A DNA stretch of 63,126 nucleotides, filler included, from Atractiella rhizophila (Eukaryota): assembly GCA_021432655.1 (NCBI GenBank). It is 5 parts of 4 records of this genome, joined end to end, with 100 filler letters (N's around TTAATTAATTAA, not from the genome) between each part and the next. Parts side by side here need not be neighbours in the genome. Positions count along the whole stretch, not along the records: positions 23,429 to 45,427 come from MU271672.1; 4 more parts are not named here. The stretch is one strand, 5' to 3'. A program made the position numbers and the translations under genes. The first letter of the stretch is position 1; each line of letters starts with the position of its first letter. The notes beneath the pieces are model-generated. The model saw only the letters and a program-made list of their open reading frames with translations. It ran no database searches and had not been told where the DNA came from. Shown here piece after piece: positions 24,630-36,603 of the stretch.

Positions 24630-26030
24630 ATTAGCGTGGTGCGGCATCCGTCAGAAGAATACTATCGAGAGGCTTGTCGGGAAGAGCCTTAGAAAGTTGG
24701 CGAGAGATGGAATTGTTGTCCGAAGTGAAGATGACGTGGGCAATCTAGGTAATTTTTAGTGTCTACGTTATTTCGCCTCTGAGCGGCGCACTTTGTTCTC
24801 CACCAGACTCGCGCTCCAATTGGCCAGTACTTCCCACAAGCTATCAAGGTGAGGATCTGCCCCACGGGCAACGAATCTGTCTGACCATTGAGCAAAGCGC
24901 AAAACTTAATCCTGCACACACCCATGTAAGACGACAAGAGGAATACGACTGAGTTCTTCATGCACCGCAGAATCCCTGCCGTTGTCGTTATCTTTCCTCG
25001 CTGCTTGATTGTGTCGCATGTTGAAGGCCACCTGGTTAGCACTGGAAGGTCCCAAAATATAGCTGTTGAAGATTCATCAGCTTAACCATCGGAGTGTGCA
25101 CATCAGCGTACACATTTTCCTCTCCATCAAGCTCCTCGATCCCAATCCCCAACTCACTCATGACTCCATTACCGGCGAGGCAATCAATTCTCCCGTCATG
25201 AACCGAACCTCTCAAGGATTGATTATTAGCAGATCTAGCTGCGATCCGTTTCATGTTCTCAACCTTCTCTTGGTATTCGTGTGCTTCAGACGCGACAGAG
25301 GTAAGAGCGGAAGCTGTGACGCTCAAAATCTATACTGCATTGAACGGGGAGAAAACGGATCTTTTAATTTGAACACGTACTTGCTTGAGCTGGTCTTCAA
25401 GATTAGTCGTAAAGCCAGGCTTTGACCCTATCAATCCAGCCGCGGCGAGGTCGAGAAGATTTCCCATCGAGTTGAGGAACGCGAACTGGGGCCGATAGCC
25501 TATTTGCTTTGCTAATTCCTTGATGTTCCCGATTGTCACAGCTAGTCGAAAGAAAGGAGAGAGGAGCGTACTGCTACTAGCTGGTTGTCGCTCGATGTTT
25601 TTGCTAAACTTTCACAGTCGAGGACGAGAATGTGCCTGTCAGAGAGTGGGGAATCAGAATATTTTCACCCCATCCACAAAACAGATGGCAGCATACTTTT
25701 GAGTTTGTAGAATATTATCTACCAAGGCTTTCTTTCCACTTCCCTTTGGTCCGGTCTAGAAAAGAACCTTGAATTATTCTCGGACAATGCAAATCGAAAT
25801 TGACATACAATTGCGATGAAATTATCTGGAAATTTCGTCAGAGGACACGATGCACATCCAAGCAGATACTCACCCGGCCAATCCGTCAACCATCCTTCCA
25901 ATCGATGCGTCGCATCTTCTCTCGCCTTCCCAATACCACTAGTCGCCGCCTGTTCCTGTTATGTTCTCTTTCAGAAGGACAACTCATAACATAGATAGGG
26001 GAACAACTAACTTCACAACGTGGAACTTCG
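24630..26030 (-). pseudogene. YME2: YME2/RNA12 (mitochondrial escape protein 2) central AAA-like fragment, truncated at both ends
   Basis: Walker A TGPKGSGK (about 25735-25755), ILVLDC, LAKQIGYRPQFAFLNSMGNLLDLAAAGLIGSKPGF, LANWSASLVENK/IAHVIFTSDN...LSKALP. Stop directly after TDAAPR; no N-terminal RRM exons seen upstream. Confidence 0.75.
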
Positions 26031-26833
26031 CTTACCACCCGACGAGCCAAACGCGGCAAAGGCCTAACGAGAACCTAGTTCCTCATCGAACAGTAGCAAA
26101 TAAAAAAATCACCAAGCACAGGTAATGTTCAACATAGGGAGCTATGTACTGTACCTCTCCTTGTTGACAAGATATCTATCCTTTACACGTAGTTTGTCTT
26201 GCTCAGGACGAATCAGGAACGCATAGAATAAGAATACAATAAAAGCGGAATATAAAGATAGTAACGGACAATGAGGAAGCCCCGGGTCTCCCTCTCTTAC
26301 GTCTTTTACACCAACGAACCAATACTTGAGAGAGAGAAGCAAAATGACAGTCTTTTTCTATATTGGTATAGTGAAGACAATATTTCAAGGCAATTTCTTC
26401 GCTGACCTGGCTCGACCTTTGGTAACTAGAACGGAAGTACGGTTGCTCGTGTAGATAAATTTGGAAAGACAGGTGTTTTCTTTAATTCCGTGATATTTGA
26501 TTTGGTCGATTGAGTTAGCCAATTGTCATGCCATTTTAGTCGAGAGAGAGTGCGACAGCGGTCGATTCCTGCAGGGTGCTTGCCGTTGGTAGTGTATGAC
26601 CAGCTACGCCAGGCGGTGCCGGCGAGCGAGCACAGACGTGCCGATGTGCGAGGGGTTGTGGAGGGAGTTCAACGCGTAGTTGATGCAGGGGGCATAGTCC
26701 CCTGTACACTAAGCGCTGACCTAGTGGAGTGTAGGCTCCTAGCATAAGGGCTAGGAGCAGCAGTAGGAACCCATGTGATGCCACGAGTAAAAACTGGGCT
26801 AATCTTTCGACAAACACCTTCGCTTCCAATTCT

Positions 26834-27870
26834 TCACCACCTTCCTATTCGAACCTCTAACCCGCAAACACTCCACCTAACTCTCCCTCTGAAACCCCTC
26901 CACGCGAAACCTCGGGAAAATCTCATCTCCTGGCGATTACCACCGACGTCCAACCCTAACTTCCACCTCTTCCNNNNNNNNNNNNNNNNNNNNNNNNNNN
27001 NNNNNNNNNNNNNNNNNNNNNNNNNNNNNNNNNNNNNNNNNNNNNNNNNNNNNNNNNNNNNNNNNNNNNNNNNNNNNNNNNNNNNNNNNNNNNNNNNNNN
27101 NNNNNNNNNNNNNNNNNNNNNNNNNNNNNNNNNNNNNNNNNNNNNNNNNNNNNNNNNNNNNNNNNNNNNNNNNNNNNNNNNNNNNNNNNNNNNNNNNNNN
27201 NNNNNNNNNNNNNNNNNNNNNNNNNNNNNNNNNNNNNNNNNNNNNNNNNNNNNNNNNNNNNNNNNNNNNNNNNNNNNNNNNNNNNNNNNNNNNNNNNNNN
27301 NNNNNNNNNNNNNNNNNNNNNNNNNNNNNNNNNNNNNNNNNNNNNNNNNNNNNNNNNNNNNNNNNNNNNNNNNNNNNNNNNNNNNNNNNNNNNNNNNNNN
27401 NNNNNNNNNNNNNNNNNNNNNNNNNNNNNNNNNNNNNNNNNNNNNNNNNNNNNNNNNNNNNNNNNNNNNNNNNNNNNNNNNNNNNNNNNNNNNNNNNNNN
27501 NNNNNNNNNNNNNNNNNNNNNNNNNNNNNNNNNNNNNNNNNNNNNNNNNNNNNNNNNNNNNNNNNNNNNNNNNNNNNNNNNNNNNNNNNNNNNNNNNNNN
27601 NNNNNNNNNNNNNNNNNNNNNNNNNNNNNNNNNNNNNNNNNNNNNNNNNNNNNNNNNNNNNNNNNNNNNNNNNNNNNNNNNNNNNNNNNNNNNNNNNNNN
27701 NNNNNNNNNNNNNNNNNNNNNNNNNNNNNNNNNNNNNNNNNNNNNNNNNNNNNNNNNNNNNNNNNNNNNNNNNNNNNNNNNNNNNNNNNNNNNNNNNNNN
27801 NNNNNNNNNNNNNNNNNNNNNNNNNNGAGGAGAGTGGGACGGAGAAGGCGGAGGCCGCGGGAGGGCATCA
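26834..27870 (-). CDS. Possible gene spanning the large N-gap; Arg/Leu-rich mitochondrial-presequence-like start
   Basis: MMPSRGLRLLRPTLL enters the gap and an open frame (KRWKLGLDVGG...IGRW*) leaves it. Most of the sequence is N. Confidence 0.25.
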
Positions 27871-28536
27871 TTGTTCCGGGCTGTGAGTGGCGTGGGTGTT
27901 GAGTGGCTCGCTGTGGTGGTTGGATTGAGGAAAGCAAAAGGAGTGACGTCACGCGTGAAATCAGACGGTCGGAAAAGCAAAAGCAACAGCAAGGAGAAGA
28001 AGCTTCTGCTTTTAGAGATTGATTGACCGCGCCGAGACGAAGAACAAAATGGAGATACATATACCTATCGTAATTGTACCGCAATTGGATGCCGTCCAGG
28101 TCCAGAAAGTAAGATGATTTGCGAATGGCCGGTAGCCTGTGGCAGTTCGGCGCACTGGCAGTTAATTGCAAAATCCAAAGACCAAAGACACGACATTGAT
28201 GTGAGTAGCAAATTATAAATGCATTATTGTACTGATTGCCTATTGGTGCGAAGAGAAAGTCTTCGCTAATAATGCTGTAAGACAAGGAAGCGCTGCCATT
28301 TCATCATGCAGTCAGAAGATCGGATGACAAGGAAACGTAATGACCAAAAACCTTTGCCATTGCGCCGTCGTCGCACCCTTTCAATGATCCGCAATTTCAA
28401 AATTAGGAATCCCCAGCAGTGGAAGAGGACAGCCGCTTAAAAAGGGGATAAATGCGGATGTAGTCCAGAAGCCACAGGCGACTCTTCAAAATGGATTCCT
28501 TCTGCTGTTACACCTCTCAGCTACCTGGAAAACATC

Positions 28537-29539
28537 ATGTCTTCAGCAGCCAACGGACCGATAGAGATGGAGGTGATCGGTGCAGGTTTAGGACGTGTAG
28601 GTCTAATCGTTCCATCCTCCTTCAATTGTTGACACCTCCTTTGGCGGTAGACGGGAACATTATCTCTCTTTCACGCCCTAACGATCCTAGGATACAACTG
28701 CCACCACATGGAGACAGTAGCTCGCGACTCCAAACGCGGGAAAATGCTGCTCTCCATAGCAGAGCGCCAAAACGCCGGTTTGGGGACCAAAGACGTGGAC
28801 TGGAAGCATGTGTGGAAGGGCTACTCAGCGGCGGTGGACAGTCCAATGGCCGACTGGTACCACGAGACCGCACAAGCGTTTCCGAATGCAAAAGTCATCC
28901 TCACGACACGAGAGCCAGACGCTTGGTGGAACTCTTACTACACCACGCGTGCGTTCATTCTATTCTCTTTCCTTCCTTCATACAGAAGATGATGAGCGAA
29001 CGAACTTGAAATGGTAGTGCTGGAACCGTGGTTGTGGAATTGGGCTGCGAGACTTGCAATGCGTTGGATCCCGGGGATTTTTTGGCAGTCGAAACTGACG
29101 GATCAGCTTTTAATTCGCTGGGGAAAGCTATACGGATCTCCTATTGGTCCACAAACGATAGTTCGACATTCGGAAGAGGTCAGAAAAAGGTTCGCAATCA
29201 TCTACATTTCCTACTGTCTCGAATATAATTGAGATGAGTCCAGAATACCCAAAGAGCGGTTGCTGGAATTTAACGTAAAGCAAGGCTGGGAGCCTTTATG
29301 CAAAGTGAGGCGTACCTCTTGTTGTCCGTTCAGAATGCTGAACGATGTAGTTTCTCGGAAAACCAATCCCTTCTGTACCCTTCCCAAGGGCGAACGATGG
29401 AGCGGGGACGAGGAGGATCCTGTTGATTGTCAAAACTTTCGGTCTTGGAATGTGGGCACTTTCGTTTACGGGTATAGGAATGGCTGTTTGGTGGACTCTG
29501 AAGAAGATAAATTGGATAGAAGGAATATCTTTCTTATGA
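28537..29539 (+). CDS. Sulfotransfer_4-family P-loop protein with C-terminal hydrophobic segment
   Basis: EVIGAGLGR/TGTLSL...LGYNCHHM, GYSAAVDSP, FPNAKVILTTREPDAWWNS, IPKERLLEFNVKQGWEPLCK/FLGKP.P..PFPRAND. Confidence 0.88.
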
Positions 29540-29954
29540 TTTTGAGGCAGCTTGCTCGTGAGAGGAATTGAATTTTCGCACATTTGGAACCGCGCAATGT
29601 GCAGTAGCGAAAGAGAGAAGAAACTGAGCATCCGACGTAGCGCAGCAGAATCGAGACTGGAAACCAACTCGGGAAAGCAGTCTTCAAGTTCTGACCATTC
29701 ATCTCACTGCACATCCGGGTTGTACCGCAGCTTGCCCACACCAGTGCGGCTAAAATTTTCTAGTCGCCTCGTCCTTGGATCTGAAGCAAGCTTCCAGTTT
29801 TTGGTGGTGATGAACAGCTACAAAAAGGTTCACTCTGGAACATGCGGAAGAAGCAACATTCCCACTTCAGTAACACTGCGGCGGGCGGTTGGCGGAACCA
29901 AACCCGAAGTTTGTGTGAAGACAAGGGACATGTTGAAGATGAAGGTCAGCATGA

Positions 29955-30602
29955 AAAAGTCATCCTCACGACTCGAGAGCCAGACGCTTGGTGGAACTCT
30001 TACTACACCACGCGTGCGTTCATTCTATTCTCTTTCCTTCCTTCATACAGAAGATGATGGTCGAACGACTTGAAATGGTAGTGCTGGAACCGTGGTTGTG
30101 GAATAAGGCTGCGAGACTTGCGATGCGTTGGATCCCGGGGATTTTTTGGCAGTCGAAACTGACGGATCAGCTTTTAATTCGCTGGGGAAAGCTATACGGG
30201 TCTCCTATTGGTCCACAAACGATAGTCCGACATTCGGAAGAGGTCAGAAAAAGGTTCGCAATCATCTACATTTCCTACTGTCTCGAACATAATTGAGATG
30301 AGTCCAGAATACCCAAAGAGCGGTTGCTGGAATTTAACGTAAAGCAAGGCTGGGAGCCTTTGTGCAAAGTAAGCAACCGCTCTATAATTCGTCCAAGGCG
30401 CTGAACAGTGTAGTTTCTCGGAAAACCAATCCCTCCTGAACCTTTCCCAAGGGCGAACGACGGAGCGGGGACGAGGAGGATCCTGATGATTGTCAAAACT
30501 TTCGGTCTTGGAATGTGGGCACTTTCGTTTACAGGTGTGGGAATGGCTGTTTGGTGGACTCTGAAGAAGATAAATTGGATAGAAGGAATATCTTCGCAGT
30601 AG
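29955..30602 (+). pseudogene. 5'-truncated diverged duplicate of the Sulfotransfer_4 gene
   Basis: Matches 28890-29530 from KVILTTREPDAWW onward, with scattered substitutions and a diverged last intron; lacks the P-loop exons. Confidence 0.8.
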
Positions 30603-31233
30603 TTCTCAGCAACCTCTTCTTTTGGGCTGTTTGATATTTCTGCCGTATTTAGGACATTTCAACTACTTTCAACCCTCTGTGAATTAATGTGCTTTGACAG
30701 CTAAACTGAATTTCGGTATCAAAGACAGAAGACATGCGGGTTTGCATCATTGCGGCATCAAACTTGATGCCTTGAGGATTGAGCTTGACGCGTCAAGTAG
30801 CAAAACCACATTACTGGCTCACGTTGCGTTTGCTAACAACAATGCCGCTGTTGTCATGCACACACAACATTGGCTCCAAGGAGGCCGCTTCCTCCTTGTT
30901 CATGGAGAGTGACTTCTGAGACTTGGTTTAGTTCCGCCATGAGGAAAGTAATACACATCACGAATACATCACGGCATGTACTCTTGTTACTGACGGTTCC
31001 CACCTAGCCCTTTTCAAATTCGAGACAATGAGAAAACAGCGGAACCGAACTTGTTCAAAAGGACAAGGTCGGAACAAAGGCAAAAGCAAAACATGCGTTT
31101 TTCTACAGAAACGACGGAGCTCTAAGGAGCTGATGGATTGGGATCTGAGCTGATGCGAGTCCAGTTGTGCGTACTCTGTTTGTTAGAAGTGGTGCTAGTC
31201 TCATGAGCCTGCCTCAAAGTTTCCAATTTGAAC

Positions 31234-33103
31234 ATGTCGCGTACACAAGTGCTGCAGCTCAAGCAATTTCTTCTTCAAACCCGCTTCCCTCTCCCAACCG
31301 TCATTCCAGTAACCAACTGCGGCACATCAGGCTACATACCCAAGCGGGTCATTGCATCCCTTCCATATGCAGCTATGCGGGAGCCAGACATGGCTCTGCG
31401 CCTCAGCCAACAACTGTTTGCTTTTTTGGACAGCCCGGACATGACAGATGACTTCCTTGTCCCTGGAGCTGTTGAAAAACTCGCCATGAAGTTTATGGTG
31501 CACACTGAGGACATGACTGAGGATGAACTCCGGCTAGAAGACGATGTTTTGACCAAATACGAACGTCGAGTGATACCAGTCATGAACGACCTTTACAAGA
31601 TTTTCAAAGTGCATGCTAACTCGCCTCTGCTGTATAAAAAGCAGAGTAGTCTCAACGGGTTTTATCCTGATCATGCCATTGTGGCACAACAGAAGATGCT
31701 GACGATGACGGAGGAGAAAGGGCCTTCGGTGTACAAGAAATTCAGAGAGGACATGGACGGGTATGTCGAAGCGAATACCCCTACTGTCTTTGATTTCAGC
31801 AAGACATCGGAAGGCGGACAGTCCATTATTGATAAGGTGCGCGGTTCGAAGATTGCGGTCTCAGTGCGCCGGCTTCTTACCTGTTGATTTTAGTTCTCCT
31901 GTGCATTTTCTGCCACGGAGGCCAAATATGGATGTATACACGACCTGTTCGAGACTGACCTCTCCGAAAAGGTTTCCGTTGAGGGGCGGACGTGTTTGAC
32001 GTTTTCGACTCCTATCGCACTAAATTCCGAATATTACCTTCCATCCATGTTCTGGACATTGTTAGTTCAGTCGCCCCATCTTGGGGATGCCATTTCCCGT
32101 TTTGATCGACAATCCCACCTGGTGGATCGATTTCGAAGTGCGCTCCCTTCGACGAATCCACCTCAACCAGAGAAAGAACTTGGCAGCGGTAGTTCTGTTT
32201 ATGGTCGAATGGCAGATCTTTCTCTTTCTACATCCGGCAAAGGCGATGCTAGCGGCAAAAAGAGGCAAAATGCTTGCGAGAGTCTTCATGGATTCACATT
32301 CTGGGGTAGGCGATCCAAAAATCCAAAAAGCCTTTCTTTTGACCTTGCAAGGGTAATGTTTTAGCCATCATGTCCTCGCTAAAGCTGACCAATGCATAGA
32401 TTCATCATCTACGAATTTTGATCAACTTAAGAAACTTTGTCCTTCAGACCTACGATCTCACTCCCGTCTATGCGGGGACGGTCTTAGGTGGTAACGAGTT
32501 GCCCCCATCACCTCCATCCACGCCGAGCGAGGAACCTCATATTTGTTTGAATTACGAATGCGATATTAGCGACGGAGGCGCATGGGTCTTCAAAGGACAT
32601 CTTCCTGGGACGTCTTTCACCGTCGTTGCAAAGACATTTGATGATAACGTCAAAGCAACGATGCTCCATGAACTATCAATCTATCAGTATCTCGCTCCAC
32701 ACAGCCTCCCATTCGTTCCGGAGGTTTATGGGGTCTGGCAACTTGGGGAAGAGTACCCAATGTATTTTCTCCTGCTTGAGGATGTCGGGCAGCCGGTGGG
32801 GAATTTGTCAAAGCTAACCCAAAGCGACAAGTGCGTTCTTCTTCCATGTGATGGCTGGCCTGGTTCTGAAACCAAACTATCAGGGAAAAGCTCATGCAGA
32901 ACGTGGTGGACCTGCATTCTGTCGGCGTCAAGCATGAGGACATTCATCCTCTCAACGTACTTCGCAGACCTGACGGCCGTCTCGCTCTCATCGATTTCCA
33001 TATGGCGGAAATCGGGCATAAATGCGCAGGGCCGGACGCTTGCTCAGAATTGAGAATATTGAAGACGCAACTTTACCCCTCGGAGAAGAAATACTTGTGT
33101 TAG
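31234..33103 (+). CDS. Fungal protein-kinase-like protein, copy 2, with possible N-terminal PD-(D/E)xK-like domain
   Basis: MSRTQVLQLKQFLLQT start shared with copy 1; YPDHAIV...TEEKGP; kinase motifs VVAKTF, HELSIY, VPEVYG, HSVGVKHEDIHPLN, LIDFH. Confidence 0.78.
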
Positions 33104-33655
33104 AGCCTCAAATGATTGCATATGTGTGTTATATAAGGCTTCCTTTGTTGGATCAGTCTTCAGGTCACATTTGTACATACCACGAGTGACGACGTTCTTA
33201 TCCTTCACTTGTCTGTCTGATGTACAACTGGCAAAGTCGAGTCTTTTTCCTACTAGAGAAGGAGTGAGGATCGTGCATACGAAGCTTGATAGATTCTCTC
33301 CTCGGTTCTTTACACGTGAGGCCGCCCGTTATTTCCGTGATGCGATGGAGTTGGAGATTGAACGAAACGAAGCTTTGCAGATTGAGTATTCGTCTCTATT
33401 ATAAAGGGTATATTACATTGACCAGCTCGAACATGAGTAGGCTGTCACTCGTAGCTTAAGAAACTCGGACAGACCGTGCCAGTTTAAGATTGCTTACACA
33501 CATCGTTGAAGGTGACATATGTCATGAAACCATTTCATAATGTCATTTCAAATTGCGAATTTGCTGACGAAGTGGAGGATCATTGTGTGATCCAACCGAC
33601 ATCAAAATAATTGTCTAAATCGATCCTACGCTACAGTTATTACGAGATAGATATT

Positions 33656-35124
33656 ATGTCAGTTCCAAAAGTTGGAGTAGCGCTGTTAGGAGCAGGCATT
33701 TTCGCGAAGGAGGCGTGAGTGGTCCGATATTTGATCAGCATTTATCTCCTCCAGTTCACAATGGGGAGAGCTGAGTTGGTGTCATAAACTTCGCGGAACT
33801 CTCTACAAGCAAACAGTATTCAAAGATCTCAAAGCATTGAAGCAGAAGCTCTTTCAGTGTTCAACAAGGTTGTTCATTCTGTGAAGTGGTTCTTCAACTC
33901 GTCTACAGATTGCAATCGCGGTCGTTGATGACATCATATTTTGTTGCTGGGAGTGGAACAGAAGGCATGAGAGGAAGAATCTTGGCGATACGGAGACCAA
34001 GCTGTAGCTAACGTATGCGCAAACAGACACGTCCCTGTGCTTCTATCACATGAATCCATCGATTTTCTGGCCGTCTACTCCCGCTCTCACAAGACTGCCT
34101 CAACCATCGTCTCCTCCGTGCCCTTCTCTGAGGTCGAGAAGATCAAGATCTATTCGGACGACTCGACGACAGGCGATACGCTCCCTACCCTCCTCTCACG
34201 CTCCGACATCCATGCCGTCGTCATCGCTCTCCCGATAGTAGTGCAACCAGATTACATTGAAAAGTGCCTCGAAGCTGGGAAGCATGTGTTGTGTGAGAAG
34301 CCTGTGGCGAAGGACATGGCAAGTGCTAGAGAGATCATCAAGATTTACAAGGAGAAATATGAACCCAAAGGACTGCTCTGGGTGACCGCAGAGAACTTTG
34401 GATTCGAGACTGCCATACTGAAAGCGGGAGAAATCGTGAAGAGTGGCAAGCTGGGAACAATCAGGCACTTCTCTTTGGAGCAATATAGCTTTACCCCGAA
34501 GTGTGCGTCCGACTTTCCCAATTCCCATCGCCCATCGCCAATGACGGAATGATAGCATCGAAGTATTACAACACCCCTTGGCGCACGATCCCAGACTACC
34601 AAGGAGGATTTTTGCTTGATGGAGGGGTTCATTCCACCGCCCTCCTTTCTCGCGTTGTGCTTCACTCACCTGTGGTCGAAGTGAGCGCCTACACAGACCT
34701 TTTGCACAAGCACCTCGCGCCGGAGGACTCAATCCGAAGCATCATCAAGTTGGAAGATGGAACTAAGGGGACTTTCAATCTCAGCTTCGGGATGGAGGAG
34801 AAGCCGATCACGAGGCGCTGGCTCACTGTTCTCGGGAGTGAAGGAGCACTCGAGCTTCTGTCACCGTTTGGAACACAAGGTTATAAACTGTCGTTGAGAA
34901 CGAAAGGAAGCGAAGAGGTGGAGGAGAAGGAGTGGAAGAGCGATGGAATCGTGAATGAGATTGGAGAGTGGATCGAAGCCATCAAGAAAGGAAGTAAGAG
35001 CGCTGAGTGGGCTTCAGTCGTCAAGAAGGGCGGACCTGAGTTTGCGTTACTCGATTTATCTATCATCGAGGCATGCTTGAACAGCGGAAAAGATGGAAAG
35101 GTCGTCAAATTGGCTGATCTCTAA
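33656..35124 (+). CDS. Gfo/Idh/MocA-family NAD(P)-dependent oxidoreductase
   Basis: Exon 1 MSVPKVGVALLGAGIFAKEA; AGKHVLCEKPVA; AENF; YYNTPWRTIPDYQGGFLLDGGVH. Introns 33715-34026 and about 34501-34554. Confidence 0.92.
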
Positions 35125-35196
35125 CTTGACCAAATATCAAATATTGTAAACAAATAGTTCTTGAATAGATTTGAAAGAAGAAATGTTGTGTTCACA

Positions 35197-35643
35197 TCAA
35201 TCTTCCCCAACCCCAGCCCCCGAAACAGTTGCCAGATCATCATCATCTGCCTCTTCTCCTTCTTGAATGGTCTCCTCCTTTCTCTTTATCTGATCCACCA
35301 GCTTCTGAACACCTACGTGTACTTCTTCCCCATGATCAAGAGCGAACGTCTGCAGCGCACGCACCCAGCGACCATCGTCTTCTCCTGCTGCGATTTCTAT
35401 GGTGAGTGTCTTTTCGATAGCATGGGGGCTCATCGGCCTGACGGTGGAGGTGGATGAAGGACGAGAAGTTGAAGGTGTTGGTGAGGAAGGGTCATCATGC
35501 TGGAGCGAGGTAGACGTGGAGGGTTTGGGGGTTGTGAGCCTAAAGTTAACGTCATTTCTGCGCTAAAGGGAGGAATAGTAAGAATCTGACAGTTCTGCAT
35601 CCGATGTGTTAAGACTTGTGGAAGACTCCTCGTTATTCATCAT
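35197..35643 (-). CDS. Small hypothetical Ser/Thr- and acid-rich protein
   Basis: ATG at 35643, one putative intron, and an open exon ending ...EEADDDDLATVSGAGVGED*. Confidence 0.4.
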
Positions 35644-36603
35644 TATGGCGAGAACGCAGTGTTAATCTCTAGTAACTGTTGGTGGACTTGCTCACGATAG
35701 ATCGTATTCGAACCGAATTACCACTTGATTCTTAAGGCTATCCTCCCAAGGGCATCGGTTTGCGTTTTCGCACTTCCAAAGGAGGAGGCGCAGACGGGCT
35801 TCGGTTTTTGTTGATGACTACCACGCTCAGCAAAAAGTATTGAGGGGATGAAACGATATGAAATTTGCACCAAGTTGACTCAGGGAATATCTTGGAACAA
35901 AAACACCATCCTAGGTATCGACATTACCAGGTTAACTTTAAGCCCACGAAACGTCCCTGAAGGCAAGGCTGGTCACGTTATCAGCCAATCACCTAATCTG
36001 GATGGCACTCGAACAAAGGACGGCGACGTAACGACTTTCGCAAAGGTTATTTCTTCTTACTCCAATGAAGGAAGCTGCGAAATATCAGGACTCTCGGGAA
36101 GGCTTTGGGGTTCGTGTTATCATGTGATTAGCAAGTTAGGGTCAGGGCTTTCCGCCACAGAATCCTTACCTCTAAAAGCCATCCGTTCTTGGCATGAGTC
36201 ATAAAACGCACTTTTGAGCGTTCATACCACCTTCAGCAGGCACATTGAAACAAAATGAATTACACCATCTTACTGAACATGCTTGCGCCTTTCTGAATGC
36301 GCGAGGAAATTTTATTCTGAAAGGGGTAGAAAAATGTGTTGCATACTGGACTCGAACCCTCACAAGAGTCACAGTAGGGTTCAAGGGGCCATGCCCCTTG
36401 CGAGTGGGTTGGGGGGCCTGAGGGACGAAGGCCTCTGACACACTTGTCGCCCTTAAAAATTCGACCGTACCAGCGATCAGTCAATCTCCTCCATCATTTT
36501 TCCTTCAGTTTTACGTGTTCGACTCCTGCGTCTCAGCACACCACAACAAATTGCTCGACCAGTCCCCCGAATTAACCAAAGACTTTTTAACGACAGATCA
36601 AGA

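Noticed and set aside
26720..26758. Hairpin CTCCTAGC-ataagg-GCTAGGAG followed 11 nt later by CTAG on the minus strand (Helitron-like 3' end)
   Set aside because: The next base is G rather than the expected T, and there is no matching 5' end or RepHel sequence.
26775..28285. Long ORFs of 351-483 aa in the ORF track (also near 37126-37651 and 44178-44786)
   Set aside because: Their length comes from translating N-runs.
36340..36385. tRNA-like T-loop motif (GGGTTCGAGTCC on the minus strand)
   Set aside because: No acceptor stem, D-arm or A-box could be built around it.
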